From: Eledone cirrhosa
Taxonomy: Eukaryota
DNA length: 64,000 nucleotides
Reading direction: 5' to 3'
Assembly (NCBI GenBank): GCA_964016885.1
Contig: OZ024743.1
Span: 40,238,001 to 40,302,000 of the forward strand
Shown here: positions 1 to 12,475 of the stretch, one piece after another
How positions within the stretch are numbered: position 1 is the first letter of the stretch
Layout: every line of letters begins with the position of its first letter
The notes under the pieces: generated by a model
Told to the model about the DNA's origin: nothing
The model's input: only the letters and a program-made list of their open reading frames with translations
Databases searched by the model: none
Translations under genes and position numbers: made by a program

Positions 1-19
1 TCTGAGCAGTTAAATACAT

Positions 20-609
20 TAAAATATATGATAAACACAAAACGTGTTTGCATTGCAAAAGACAGTCAGCTATTGATGAAATAAACTAATTAAAGTGAAT
101 ACAATTTGTCTGTCTCGATATAAGTCAATAAAGACAAGTTTATATTGGCAACTGCCATGATTCCTGGACAGATTTAAATTTCAAAATCCAAACCTGTTCT
201 GTAGACGAATTTGAACCTCGAAACCTAAATCCGTTTCGCAATGGTGGTATGTGAATTTAAAAAATAAAGAGAATCGAAATGGAATTGAAATAAAAAGTGA
301 AATATCCAAATCTTCTGTGCATATCAACAGGAATTCAGTAGAAATTAGTACATCTCACATCAAAAAATTTTGCAAGTCTGACTACACGTGTATAGCCAGA
401 CCAAACTAGCCGTCCCGCATTAACGGTGCTAGAAATAACAGCCATATATGCGGGATTAAAAATCAGCTCTAACATTTAAGGAGCAATATACTATATAATA
501 TTTTGAGAATAAGCTCTCAGTCCTTTACAATAATTAAGCTCCAGGAAAGGCGCATTTCCGAGCAGTTAGCTAATGTCTGTTGCAATGCAAACACGTTTTG
601 TGTTTATCA

Positions 610-618
<9 letters not shown>
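20..618. repeat. Inverted repeat pair (~52-bp arms, ~495-bp spacer) abutting (TA)n
   Basis: 21-72 aaaatatatgataaacacaaaacgtgtttgcattgcaaaagacagtcagcta is the reverse complement of 567-617 apart from a few mismatches. Confidence 0.85.
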
Positions 619-644
<26 letters not shown>

Positions 645-730
645 ACGAAGGAAATGTGGTAAGGAACAAGGTGGACCATAACGCACCAAATTACTCAATA
701 CTTAGGGTAGTAGAGTGGGTAATAGGAACG

Positions 731-828
731 AGTAGGACCCTGACGGCTGAGCTCAAGCCGTTTCGACGGCTATTTCAGTCCAGAAATAGCCGTCGAAACG
801 GCTTGCGCTCTGCCGTCGGGGTCATACT
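731..828. repeat. Near-perfect 98-bp hairpin in a short element between (TA)n tracts
   Basis: Arms 731-776 and 783-828 (gaccctgacggctgagctcaagccgtttcgacggctatttc / gaaatagccgtcgaaacggcttgcgctctgccgtcggggtc), 6-nt loop. Confidence 0.9.
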
Positions 829-1124
829 TTTTCATATATATATATATATATATGTATATTTTTATAATCATAGTAAGGCTTTGATAAAGATATCCAAGGT
901 GTAGTCAATCAGTACATGGGATGACTGTTTTATGTTTTATTATCTTTGAAACTGCAAAGAAGACATGACACAGGAAAAATATGCTCTCTTGCCTTTCTCC
1001 GTCTAATGTCTTCCTTGCAGTATTATATCTATATATATGTATGAACATGGTAAACATATAAAACAAACCAACCAGCACAGTGCAATGAGGAAGTATATTA
1101 ATTTTAAGTTTGATACATTAGGTA

Positions 1125-1170
1125 AAGTTTGTTAACGTTTCGAACGCTAGTCCGTCATCAGAAAATAAAA
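1125..1170 (-). ncRNA. Candidate minimal type I hammerhead ribozyme (PLE-type), weak stem I
   Basis: Minus strand reads CTGATGA-c-GGAC-tagc-GTTC-GAAAC-GTTA: both core boxes, stem II and palindromic AACGTT are present. Confidence 0.5.
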
Positions 1171-2769
1171 TGCGAAATCAAGAAGAAATAGAAACACAGA
1201 GGAAAGTGTGACATGGTAGAAACTAAAACGAATTTCTTTCAGGGAAAACAAGTGTATTCAAGTTACCATCTCTTGGTAATCCATTTAATCCGGCACTTAC
1301 ATATAACTATTTCAGTTCGCTCGTACCTCTTCATGTGTATGTGTTCTAATTGTTTTCACGGCTTTACTCTTGAGAGTTACATAGTGTCAATCAATATTTA
1401 ATATAATCGAATATATAGTGAATATAGTAAACTATAATGGCTCGGTGTATAATATCAATTATATTTGTATACAAATTCTTTCTTAGTAATGTATATGCAT
1501 GTAAATACTACAGCGTATAAGTACATATATGTATCCAGTCTACAATACACGCACAAGTTATAAACCACATATGAACTGTATATTTACACTTACACAAACA
1601 TAATCCCCCACACCGCAGACACACCCACTCACGAACACATCTCTATCTACTTATATTCAATGAGATTTCTATCAATTACACTTCCATGCATGTCTCTATG
1701 CACACTACCTTTAATGCATGCATATAAGCATGTATTGAATATATACCCTATATATGCATGATATATCTGCACACACACAAGCATAAACATTTTTTCTACA
1801 TTCATATTCCCACCCAGCCTTCAATAGAAGCAGAATATATACAACCTATATTTGCATACACATGCATGTTTTTCTGTCTGTATACATGCATTTAGCATAC
1901 CTGCATACATTATATATTTTGATATGGTATATATATATATACAATAACCAAATAGAAGCACACATCCCGTACGTGCGCACACACCGACAGATGCACACAT
2001 ATAAACAAATCTACTTAAACACATGTACAATATACTTACTCAGCAGGAGATATGTATCACCCTATTGTTTGATATGCATACTGATAGACAGATAATTTAG
2101 ATTAATTTTTATTTCGTTTCTTTTCGCTCCATTCATTTCTCTATCTCTTTCTCTCACTCACCCGCATACTTTCTCTCTCTATCACTCAATCTCTCTCACA
2201 TTCACTCTCTCTCTCTCTATGTATTCTATATACATTTTTTTCTTTTGTTCATTTTGGCTTTCTTTTCGCACACCAAAGTTGAACCGGTGCCAGAAATGAG
2301 GGAAAGAACAATGAATAATGGTAGGGAATATCTCACAGATCAGAAATATTCACCTAAAGATAAAAATGGAAAATAACACGCCTTCAAAAACAAAAACAAT
2401 AACATAAAAAAAGACCACGGGCTTCCATTCAGTAAAACATAGTGAGTTGTGTTTATCTTGTACGTTTTCCAAAAGAAATTTTTCTCACATCAGAAAAATG
2501 TCTATTAATCCCTGGTGTCTTACAATACATATGTTTCGATCATGTCAAATAACAAGTACATTAGCCAATATTTGCATAGTTAGAAGAATGAATGTGAAAT
2601 TTATGGATGCGGCCTCTTAGTCTGTGGCAAGCTGCCAACCGGCATTCAAATCAACTAGACCTCTCACACTATACGTATACATATGTATGTCCATATATAT
2701 ATATGTGTGTGCGTGTGTGTGTTGGTGTGTCTGTGTGTCCGCGTATGTGTGTATACACACATATATATA

Positions 2770-2876
<107 letters not shown>

Positions 2877-3273
2877 CGTTTTTTTATCTACAGTTTGATG
2901 TTTAATTACTAAATAATTACATTCATCTGAAAGAAGACTATCTAGTCTTTTATACAATTTTGTCTTCCCCATCTCCGGTATTTCTCGTTTATATTTTTTG
3001 TTTCTTTTTTCTTGGCCTGTCTATACATTTTCCGGTGAAGGTTTTGTCAGAAACGACTAAGATATTGAAATATGAATAAAGTAGACAGAAGTGCATTGAG
3101 TATTAATTCTATTATTCTATTATTCATATTTATCTGTTTAAATATCGGAATAGCGAACTACGCTCAACCAAAGGAATCAATTCAAACCATTTTCATGGTA
3201 GCTCTAACTTATATATCAACTGTGTGTTCCCGCCTATGTATATTTGTGAATACTCGCACACGCATACAGTAAT

Positions 3274-3406
<133 letters not shown>

Positions 3407-3896
3407 GTACATACATACATACATATATACATACATATGCAGAAATATCCATAAATTCTGTACGCAATGTAGATTTGCATTTAGTTGCTCACTTTATATT
3501 GAAACAATATACAGATAGACTTTTATTTTTCTGTGTAAATGTAATGGCAAACATCTTATATATCTGATACATCTGATACATAAGAGGTGGGATTTGTAGC
3601 CATATCCATAATATTAACATCAGAGAATATAATAAATTGGAAAATGTTTGAAACGAACAGAAGAGTAAGTATATAGTAGCATCTCAAGATAAATATTCGT
3701 TGAAACATTTCTTATATCTTTCCATTTTTTTTCTCTCTATCTCTGTGAAATGCTTTATATGTGTGTTTGGGTGTCTATGTCTCACTCTCTCAATATATAA
3801 TTCATATATCTATCTCTCTGGACTGCGAGGTTTTGTAATTGTCCTTCTCTATCTGCCTCCTGACGCTATCTCTCTCTATCTTACCCTCTTTCTATT

Positions 3897-4606
<710 letters not shown>

Positions 4607-4607
<1 letters not shown>

Positions 4608-4826
4608 GGTGAAGGCGTGTGGCTGAGTGGTTTGAGAATTGGATTCAGAAGCTTGAGGTTGTGAGTTCGATTCCTGGACCGGGCGATGCGTTATGTCCTT
4701 GAGCAAGACACTTTATTTCACGTTGCTCCTTATACCTGGAGTTGCGACCGATAGATAGTACTAGCAATTGGAAAGACCAACGGAAACACCGTTTCCTCGG
4801 TCGGATTTGACAAAAGTTGATCGATT

Positions 4827-4830
<4 letters not shown>
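4607..4830 (+). mobile_element. tRNA-derived SINE, family B (CORE/V-like body)
   Basis: A box TGGCTGAGTGG, B box GAGTTCGATTCC, body TGTCCTTGAGCAAGACACTT; sits within (TA)n; second copy on the minus strand at ~50170-50350. Confidence 0.8.
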
Positions 4831-4868
<38 letters not shown>

Positions 4869-5085
4869 CTCAGGGATGATATAATTCACAGTAATCTCAT
4901 ATAAAACATCAGCTGCGTTTTACCATCTATCACGCTTAAGCAACAATACCGGCGTCATCCATACTGCTTTACGACATGTATGAATACATAATAAATGAAA
5001 TCCACTTCTATCTACTCCATTTCGTAAAGATCAACACACAGGAAGAAGATGAATATATATATATATATAGAGAGTGAAGGAGAGA

Positions 5086-5200
5086 GTAGTAGTAGTAGTA
5101 GTATTAGCAGCAGCAAAAGAAGCAGCAGCAGTAATAATAATAGTAGTAGTAGTAGTAGCAGTAGTAGTAGTAGTAGCAGTAGTAATAGTAGTAGTAGTAT
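5086..5200. repeat. (GTA/GCA)n trinucleotide microsatellite
   Basis: Direct reading. Confidence 0.95.
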
Positions 5201-6654
5201 TTATATCAACAAAACATAATCCATGGAGGACATCTTCTACCAGACGACCACTCTCTCAGTAATTATATTGGAGTGAGGCCAACATAGCGGATTAAGTTGA
5301 AATCCTTGCTCGGTACTACATTAAGAGCTGTCTGTAGAAGTATGTGGTACTTAAAACAAATCTAATGGATAAATTTGTTCATTTGATGAGCCGGTTTCTA
5401 ATCTCGACTTGACTTTCTTCGACATTTCAGTGAACCAGATTCGGAACCATCGATGAACGTTGAGAATATAGATACACTAATGAGACTCCTCGTGAAATTA
5501 ACGTATTTTTCAGACATGGGTACTCTTAATGTATGTGACATAAACAACCTGCATGACACAGTCTGCGACTATTTGAATTACGAGTAAAATCAATCGACTA
5601 TATTTCAAACAGTTTCCCCTCTAACTAAATTGATTTACAATGTTTTGGTCCACTCGAAGTTATGGTAAATACACTTACCGAAGATGCCACACAGAGAGAT
5701 TAAACCTTGAAACGCATCATTTATAATAATCTAGCACCTGCAACCGTTTGACAATATATTTTGTTCCGAAATTCCAAATTCTATCAAATCAATGATCCGC
5801 ACAAACAATGCAAACGCCGTCTTGGACAATAACTTAGAAAGTTGTATTTAATAAAATAAAATAAAAGAAACATGTTTCAATATTTGATAGTTTTGTTCGT
5901 CATTCAGCATTTATCATAAACCTAATATAGGCATTCGGAAAAATTACTTTGTAATATTTATTTTGCTTCTCCATGTTCTGAGTTCTAATTATGCGGAGAT
6001 CAAGTGTGTGCTCCATCCTTCCAGGGCAGATAAAGTAACGTGCCAGTTCAGACAAAATAGTAAAACGTCGGCTGTGATGCCCACCGGTATTTATTCTATA
6101 TCTTTGAGTTCGCATTCCACGTCCCTATATCGGAAAAGCGGCGACACTTCTGCAAGTAGCTGCGATAAATGAAAAAATACCTGACACAAGTATGAACGTT
6201 TAAATGAGATAGTTTACTGTGTCTTAATGACAGAGATACAAATCCTATCATGAAAAGCAAAGGTAAATGATGTGATTTACTAAAGGAATGTTGTGGGGAA
6301 CTCAACCTACAAACTTAAGAACGTGAGCCCAACACCCTATCAACAGGAGTTGCAAATGACTAAGAACAAGCAAAAAACAAAGAACAAGGCTAACATAATT
6401 TTTCTGTGTTATTTAACTATTTCGGTTTTTCTAAATTTATCTTAAATACAAAAAATAAAAATGTGTCTTTCGAAATATCTTAGAGAATTAAATTTAAAAA
6501 GCAAACCAAAATCTTTTTAGTTTGTTTGAATATTTAAGATTATTGTCTTGCCTTTAAATATTCATTGTTCACTTACTATAGTGAATATAAAGGATTACAT
6601 ACCTAAATTTGTTTCTCTCCATAATTCATATGCATCACTAATATGATGTCTGTA

Positions 6655-6840
6655 TATGCGGAATTACTGAATAGAGGAGCAGACGCCATGCTTTCCAGTA
6701 TAGTTACGTCCCTGTACGGTCTGAGTTCAAATCCCTTCAAAGTTAACTTTGCCTTTCATCCTTACCGGGTAGATAAAATAATGTACCAGTAATACACTAG
6801 GTAATTGCTGGCATTGTGCCAATAGTAGAAACAATTATAT
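6655..6840 (+). mobile_element. tRNA-derived SINE, family A
   Basis: B box TGAGTTCAAATCC, central GCCTTTCATCCTTACCGGGTAGATAAAATAATGTACCAG, tail TTGTGCCAATAGTAGAAACAATTAT. Confidence 0.85.
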
Positions 6841-6900
6841 AATAGTATGGAAAGAACAATAATTACCGTTTATGTCAATGATTATATGAATTTGTATAAA

Positions 6901-6980
6901 GATACTTCAGAAAATAGGTAGTGATACTTCAGATACTTCAGAAAATAGTGATACTTCAGATACTTCAGAAAATAGTTAGT
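6901..6980. repeat. Short minisatellite built from GATACTTCA(GAAAATAGT) units
   Basis: Five gatacttca units read directly. Confidence 0.85.
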
Positions 6981-7073
6981 GTCACTGAAATCAGTCATAA
7001 ATATGCAAGTGTCTAGGCATGTATGTATTTTCGTATGCATGCATGTATGTATGTATTTATGTATGTGTGTATG

Positions 7074-7105
<32 letters not shown>

Positions 7106-7149
7106 TGTATGTATGTATGTATGTATGTATGTATGTATTTATGTATGTG

Positions 7150-7547
7150 TGAGGCATCTCGAATCGCGTACGAGAAAGTAAAGAGGGATGTGAGTTAAGC
7201 GCATTACTATTGCATTTCCAGACAGTGAAGGTCCTCTTATGGCGCTGACATGCAGTGTCTGAGTAAGACTCTGCCTCATCAAAGCTGAACTCGAAAGTCA
7301 TCTACGCAGTCATAAAGTGAGATCAGTGGTTGAATACCAGGCTTCTGTTGGAGATGTTACTGATCATGCCTGCCAAGCGTGTGGTAGAGAATGTAAATCA
7401 GCAGGAGGGCTCAAACGACATGCAGCAGTACATGAACTCCAACCACAGTTGGTATTTCCCAGTGAATGCTTTGGTTGCCAACTCTGTGCATGACATTTTA
7501 GATCATTGGCTGGGCTAAAAACCCACATTCGATCGCAGCACCGTTAA
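7150..7547 (+). pseudogene. 3' remnant of an RTE-like LINE ORF with three C2H2 zinc fingers
   Basis: Frame from 7251: CSV*VRLCLIKAELESHLRSH ... CQACGRECKSAGGLKRHAAVH ... CQLCA*HFRSLAGLKTHIRSQHR*. Internal stops at 7260 and 7491. Absent from the ORF track. Confidence 0.75.
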
Positions 7548-7564
7548 TTGTTATCGGGTGTGTG

Positions 7565-7635
<71 letters not shown>

Positions 7636-8486
7636 ATATTATTATTATTGTTATCATTATTATTGTTATTATTGTCGTTATTATGTGTTTTTTGTTGTCT
7701 TTTTGTGCAATGGCCATATTCGATAACAAGGGCGCAGTCATCATGTATGTAAGCATGTATATTTATGCAAACCACGATATGCATGTACATCTACTTAGGA
7801 CTAGATCATGAATGGCTACGACGTAGAGTCAAACATGGCGCTAGCTTCTTGGAACCACACTATGGAGCGTGGATACTTTGCTATAGAGGTCGTGTTATTG
7901 GTATCACGCAGAACAATAGCAATAACATACCATTATTTCCTTCGTTTCTTCACTTGATTCGACACACGTTTAAAACATGAGACTAGGTACCATTCAACAA
8001 TCCTTCATGTGGAATTTATACTGTTGAAATACTTCTTAATTCAAGTCACTGTCTATCTCGGTCACTTAGGAACGAATGCAGCTTTAACATTGAAATAGAG
8101 AAAATTATATATCTAAGAAATTGCAAAATTTCTGGTTGATTTATAATGCGGCTGGGAGGTTGGTAGGAAATGTAAGAAGAACAAATACAAAATTAGAAAT
8201 ATAATAGAATATTTAAGAAGAACGACGAAAACAATATTTCATCGAATAATTCAAAGTTGAAAATATAGTGGCATATATATCGTATAGACATTTCTGAGTA
8301 GTTAAATATTGACATATGACAGTATATGTGTCAACAGTTTTACGTTTATATAAACTGTCTCATTTAAAGTAGAACACCTATTAAGTTTGTCTCCCTACCT
8401 CTCTCTCTCTCACTTTCTCTCTTTCCTCTCATATATATATAATGGTAAAGCATTGGTGCGGCAAAACAGATATACACACACATATC

Positions 8487-8563
8487 AAGAAGAAGAAGAA
8501 GAAGAAGAAGAAGAAGAAGAAGAAGAAGAAGAAGAAGAAGAAGAAGAAGAAGAAGAAGAAGAA
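8487..8563. repeat. (GAA)n microsatellite adjoining the Tx1 3' end
   Basis: Direct reading. Confidence 0.98.
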
Positions 8564-8826
8564 TTATAATAATAATGATTTCTTTATTAACCACAAAGGT
8601 TTACATAAAGTAGACATTAAGGAGAGTGTAGGACAATACAGGACGGTACAAATGGGCATTTCTGCGTGTAAAAAACAAAAACAGAGGATGAAACAAATGA
8701 TAACAATAAAAAATTCCCCAATAGGGGGGAGACTTCGGAGGGACATTTGTGGAGAAAGCCCAGTAAAAGGCCACAGTGACCCTGACCACCAATGCAAGTG
8801 CCCTCTCCCAGTTTTCCACCTTTAAT

Positions 8827-11800
8827 TTAAAGATACGTACTCAGAGTAGGCCCATTCACTCGGGCCATTCTTGCTTCTCTCACCCATCTTTCAACAAAAT
8901 GTTGGGAAGAGAGCACTTCCCTCTCTACCCTGATTTTCCTTTTCAAATGAAATTTGAAAAAGTTAATCAGGGTATCACCGAAGAGGTAAGTGTTCGTCTT
9001 CAGCCCTTTCAAACGTGTCCACCATACTATCTCTTTCGCCATGGCCACTAGACAGATAAAAACTGCCTGCCCTTCCCGGCTAAAGGAAGAGAGCGGGGCA
9101 ATGCTCACGATGGGCTCAGATGATAGCCGGATCCGTCCTAAACGTGACAGCAGGTGTTCGACATAAACCCACAAGACAGCAATTTTCGGACACTGGACGA
9201 GTGCGTGCAGGACGGTTTCGTCGCCCTGCGCGCATCTCGGACATGCCCGGCTGACGGCACCTCCATGCCTGTAGAGTTTATCCCGAACTGGCAAGGCTCC
9301 TCGGTAGCTCTGCCAGGCCAGAGATTTCGGGAAGTTGTCCATAGGTCCCGGCCCGAAAGTTCTTCCGAAGAGATTGTCTAGTTGATTTTCGTCGACGCCT
9401 AGAGTTCCCCAAGTACGCCATCGCTCTTCCCCTACACTAATCCTATATAGAACGCCGAGGTGGAGTTTCCACCGATCACATTGCCCGATTGGTCGAGCGC
9501 TGTGAGCGCCTGAAGACATTCCAGTCTCCAGGCGCTCCCTCTCGGTCTTCGGTTGACCCAGGACTGCAGCTCCGTCAAGGAAACGAGCTGGGGAAATACG
9601 TGTCTAGCAAACGGCGACCACACCTGATCACCGTCGAGGAAGAGGTGGAGATGTCGTAGCCTGAGCGCGTGTCTGCGCATCATCAGCCACGGCATTCCCA
9701 GCCCTCCACGTAGCGGATGTTGACAGCAGATGGACCGCCTGACGATCGGAGCGCCTTCCTTCCACAAAAAGCGAAAGAGCAAACGCTCCAGCGCAGTCAG
9801 GGGGGGGGGGGGGCTTAGGACAAGGTACGGCGGTCAGCCGGTATCAGATGACAGACGCGATGTACGCGTTAGCCACGTCCGCTCGACCTTTCAGGGATAG
9901 CTTCCTCTCCGCCCATTTCTGGGTGAGAGAAGCCACCCTGCTCGTCACCTCGTCCCAGTTTTTGTCCGTCTGGAGGTCCGGACCGAACCAGACCCCTAGC
10001 AATTTAACCAGTCCGTCCGTTCAGCATCCGACGACGCTGTTGGACGGCATGAACCTGCCTCTCCAGGTGCCGAGCTGCAGGCCCACTGACTTTTACTGGT
10101 TGATCATTGCTCCTGTCACCGCTTCGTATTCTCTTAGTGTAGTGCCGATCGCCTCGATGTGTTTGACGTTCGACACCACTACGGTGACATCGTCCGCATA
10201 TGCTGACACGGATCTTCCGCATCCTAGTTCGCGCGGGACGCCCCTCAACGTCTCCAGTTTGAGCAGTAATGGCTCGAAAGTCAATACGTACAAGAGGAAC
10301 GAGAGGGGACATCCTTGGCGGACCGAGCGCATGATGTTGAACGGTTCCGAAAGGTGACCGTTCACTCTCACCACAGAGCAGATGTCGCTGTGCATGGCAT
10401 CGATCCAGCCTCTGAAGACGGGCCCAAAGCCAGCCGCCCTCAGGACTGCCGCTAGGTAACAATGGTGAACCCTATCGAAAGCTTTCGACTGATCTAAATT
10501 GATCAAGGACTCACCCGTGCCAGGTTCCCTAGCTACCGTCTCTACGATGTATCGCATGAGGTGGAGGTTGTCGTGGATGGATCTGTCGGGAATGGCGCAT
10601 GTCTGCGCCTCTCCCACCTGACCACCAACGACAAGCGCCAACCTCTTTGATAGCACCTTGGCCAAAATCTTGAACTCTGTGTTTAGCAGAGTTATGGGCC
10701 TGAAATTATCTATGATATCCCCCTTGTTCGGATCCTTTCTCAGCAGTGCCACCGCTCCTCGGCTCACAGAGCTGGGAATTCTCGCGTTCTGTTGCCAGTT
10801 GCAGTAGACGTCCGCACAAGGCCTCCGAACAAGTCTGGCATATGTACGTAAAGTTCATAGGGCAGACCATCCAAACCAGGAGATGTATCTCTTGTGCAGC
10901 CAGTCATTGCCTCCCGTACTTCAGTGGCTCTTATCGGCTTTTCGCAACACTCCGCCTCAGTGGCCGAGTGCCGCGGCAGTCCTTTAATGTAGACACTAAA
11001 GTCGATCCCTCGACCCGGCACACCGCTGCCCCCGAACAGCTGAGCGAAGTATCGCTGAAAAGCTTCACAAAGTTGCCCGGGATCGAGTAGCATGCGCCAG
11101 TCGTGGTCCACTAAAGACCGGATCGTGGCTTTGTTGCCACGACGAGCCTCCGCCACTCGGCGCCATTGAACAGCCTTCGTCCCCTCGTGTCTGAGAGCAC
11201 GCACCCTTGCTCTGACAACGCAGCCTTCGTGCTTTGCATTGAAGAATTGGTCAAGGGCCAATTTCGCCGCAAGCACGTCGGTCGCGATGCCTCTGCTAAG
11301 CGCCTCGTCTAATTTTCTAACTAGTTCTCCCTCTGCTCTATTTTTCTCTATTGCTAAAGCCTTACTAAACCTAATGGATTCTATTCTAATCGCTCTTTTC
11401 AGAGCAAACCACCACTTGTTGTTGACGATGGCCCCCGTCAACGCCCGGTTAACTAGTTCGCTAATCCGGTCTCTGTAAGCCTTGCGCGCTGGTAAGGACG
11501 CGTTTAGCTTCCAGTAGCCGGGTCCTCGTCTATGAAGCCTATCTAAGTCAAGCACACAGATCACGAATTTGTGGTCCGTGTAGCTGACTATCTTGAATTG
11601 TGGACAGCCTATGCTAGACCTATCTATTTCCCTACAAAATACATACTCTATCTAGATATGATACGGATGACCCTATGCGATTTGTCCAAGTCCATATTGG
11701 CACATTCGGGAAATCCAATCGGTACCTGTCAGACAGTTCAAAACGCCTAAGCAGGTTGGTGAGGCTCCTGCACCCTCCACCCCTATCCGCTACCCACACA

Positions 11801-12228
11801 GTCCCAGCGCCCACTAACACTAAAGTGCGGTACGTTCCAAGAAAGGTCTCCAGACGCCGAAAGAAATCAGGCCGCCCTGCTCCTGTCGGGGCATAGATGG
11901 CCACTAGCCTGAAAGCTTGCCCGTCTCCGCTGGTCACGTCCAGCACCACCAACTTACCCTCTGGGTCCAGGAAGTTGGCCCGTATGGCGAGATCCAGACA
12001 TCTCCGAAAGAGCACAGCAACTCCTCCCCCCGACCCAGGACGGCTGGGAGATGCGTACACATCGTAGCCACCGAAGATCGGTGCGAAGGCCCATGCTTCG
12101 GAGATTCTGGTCTCGCTGATGGCCACTACATCTATGTTTAGTGACCTGAGGTCGTTGAACAGGTGACCCTGCTTCCATGACGACCCCAACCCACGCGCAT
12201 TTATGCTGCCTATTCTGAGTGAGGTCAT
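8827..12228 (-). pseudogene. Tx1-like ORF2 (APE endonuclease - reverse transcriptase - zf-RVT), frameshifted
   Basis: SINARGL, ISETR, IYAP, YLDR, GPGYWKLN, SPGLDG, NFRPITLLN, DQSKAFD, RQGCPLS, YADD, CPRCAQGDETVLHALVQC, spread over at least five frame pieces (poly-G at ~9799-9814). Confidence 0.93.
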
Positions 12229-12475
12229 GTTTAAAATAGAGTGGAAAAGATGGGAAAGACCACTTACCGTACTTTTCGTAGAGGAAGGATGGTTTCTCCA
12301 TCCCTTTTCACTTGATCGTCTGGTGAAGGGACCGTTGAATCGTCCCTTCGGCTGGTCGAGGGCTCTTCTATGAGTATGTCCGAATATATTCTCCGGTTGA
12401 GAGTCCCTCCTAGGTCTCTGAAATCACCAACTGCGTTGGGGAATTTCGTTTTAATGTTTGTATATTGTTTCTGTG

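Noticed and set aside
3030-3060. Degenerate hammerhead-like strings (also ~5477-5508 and ~59235-59262)
   Set aside because: Core boxes have non-compensated changes and the stems are poor.
4610-4685. tRNA gene
   Set aside because: A/B boxes present but no clean acceptor stem; it continues into a SINE body found again at 50170.
8364-8825. Poly-E, poly-K and poly-L ORFs
   Set aside because: Readings of the (GAA)n tract plus the Tx1 3'UTR.
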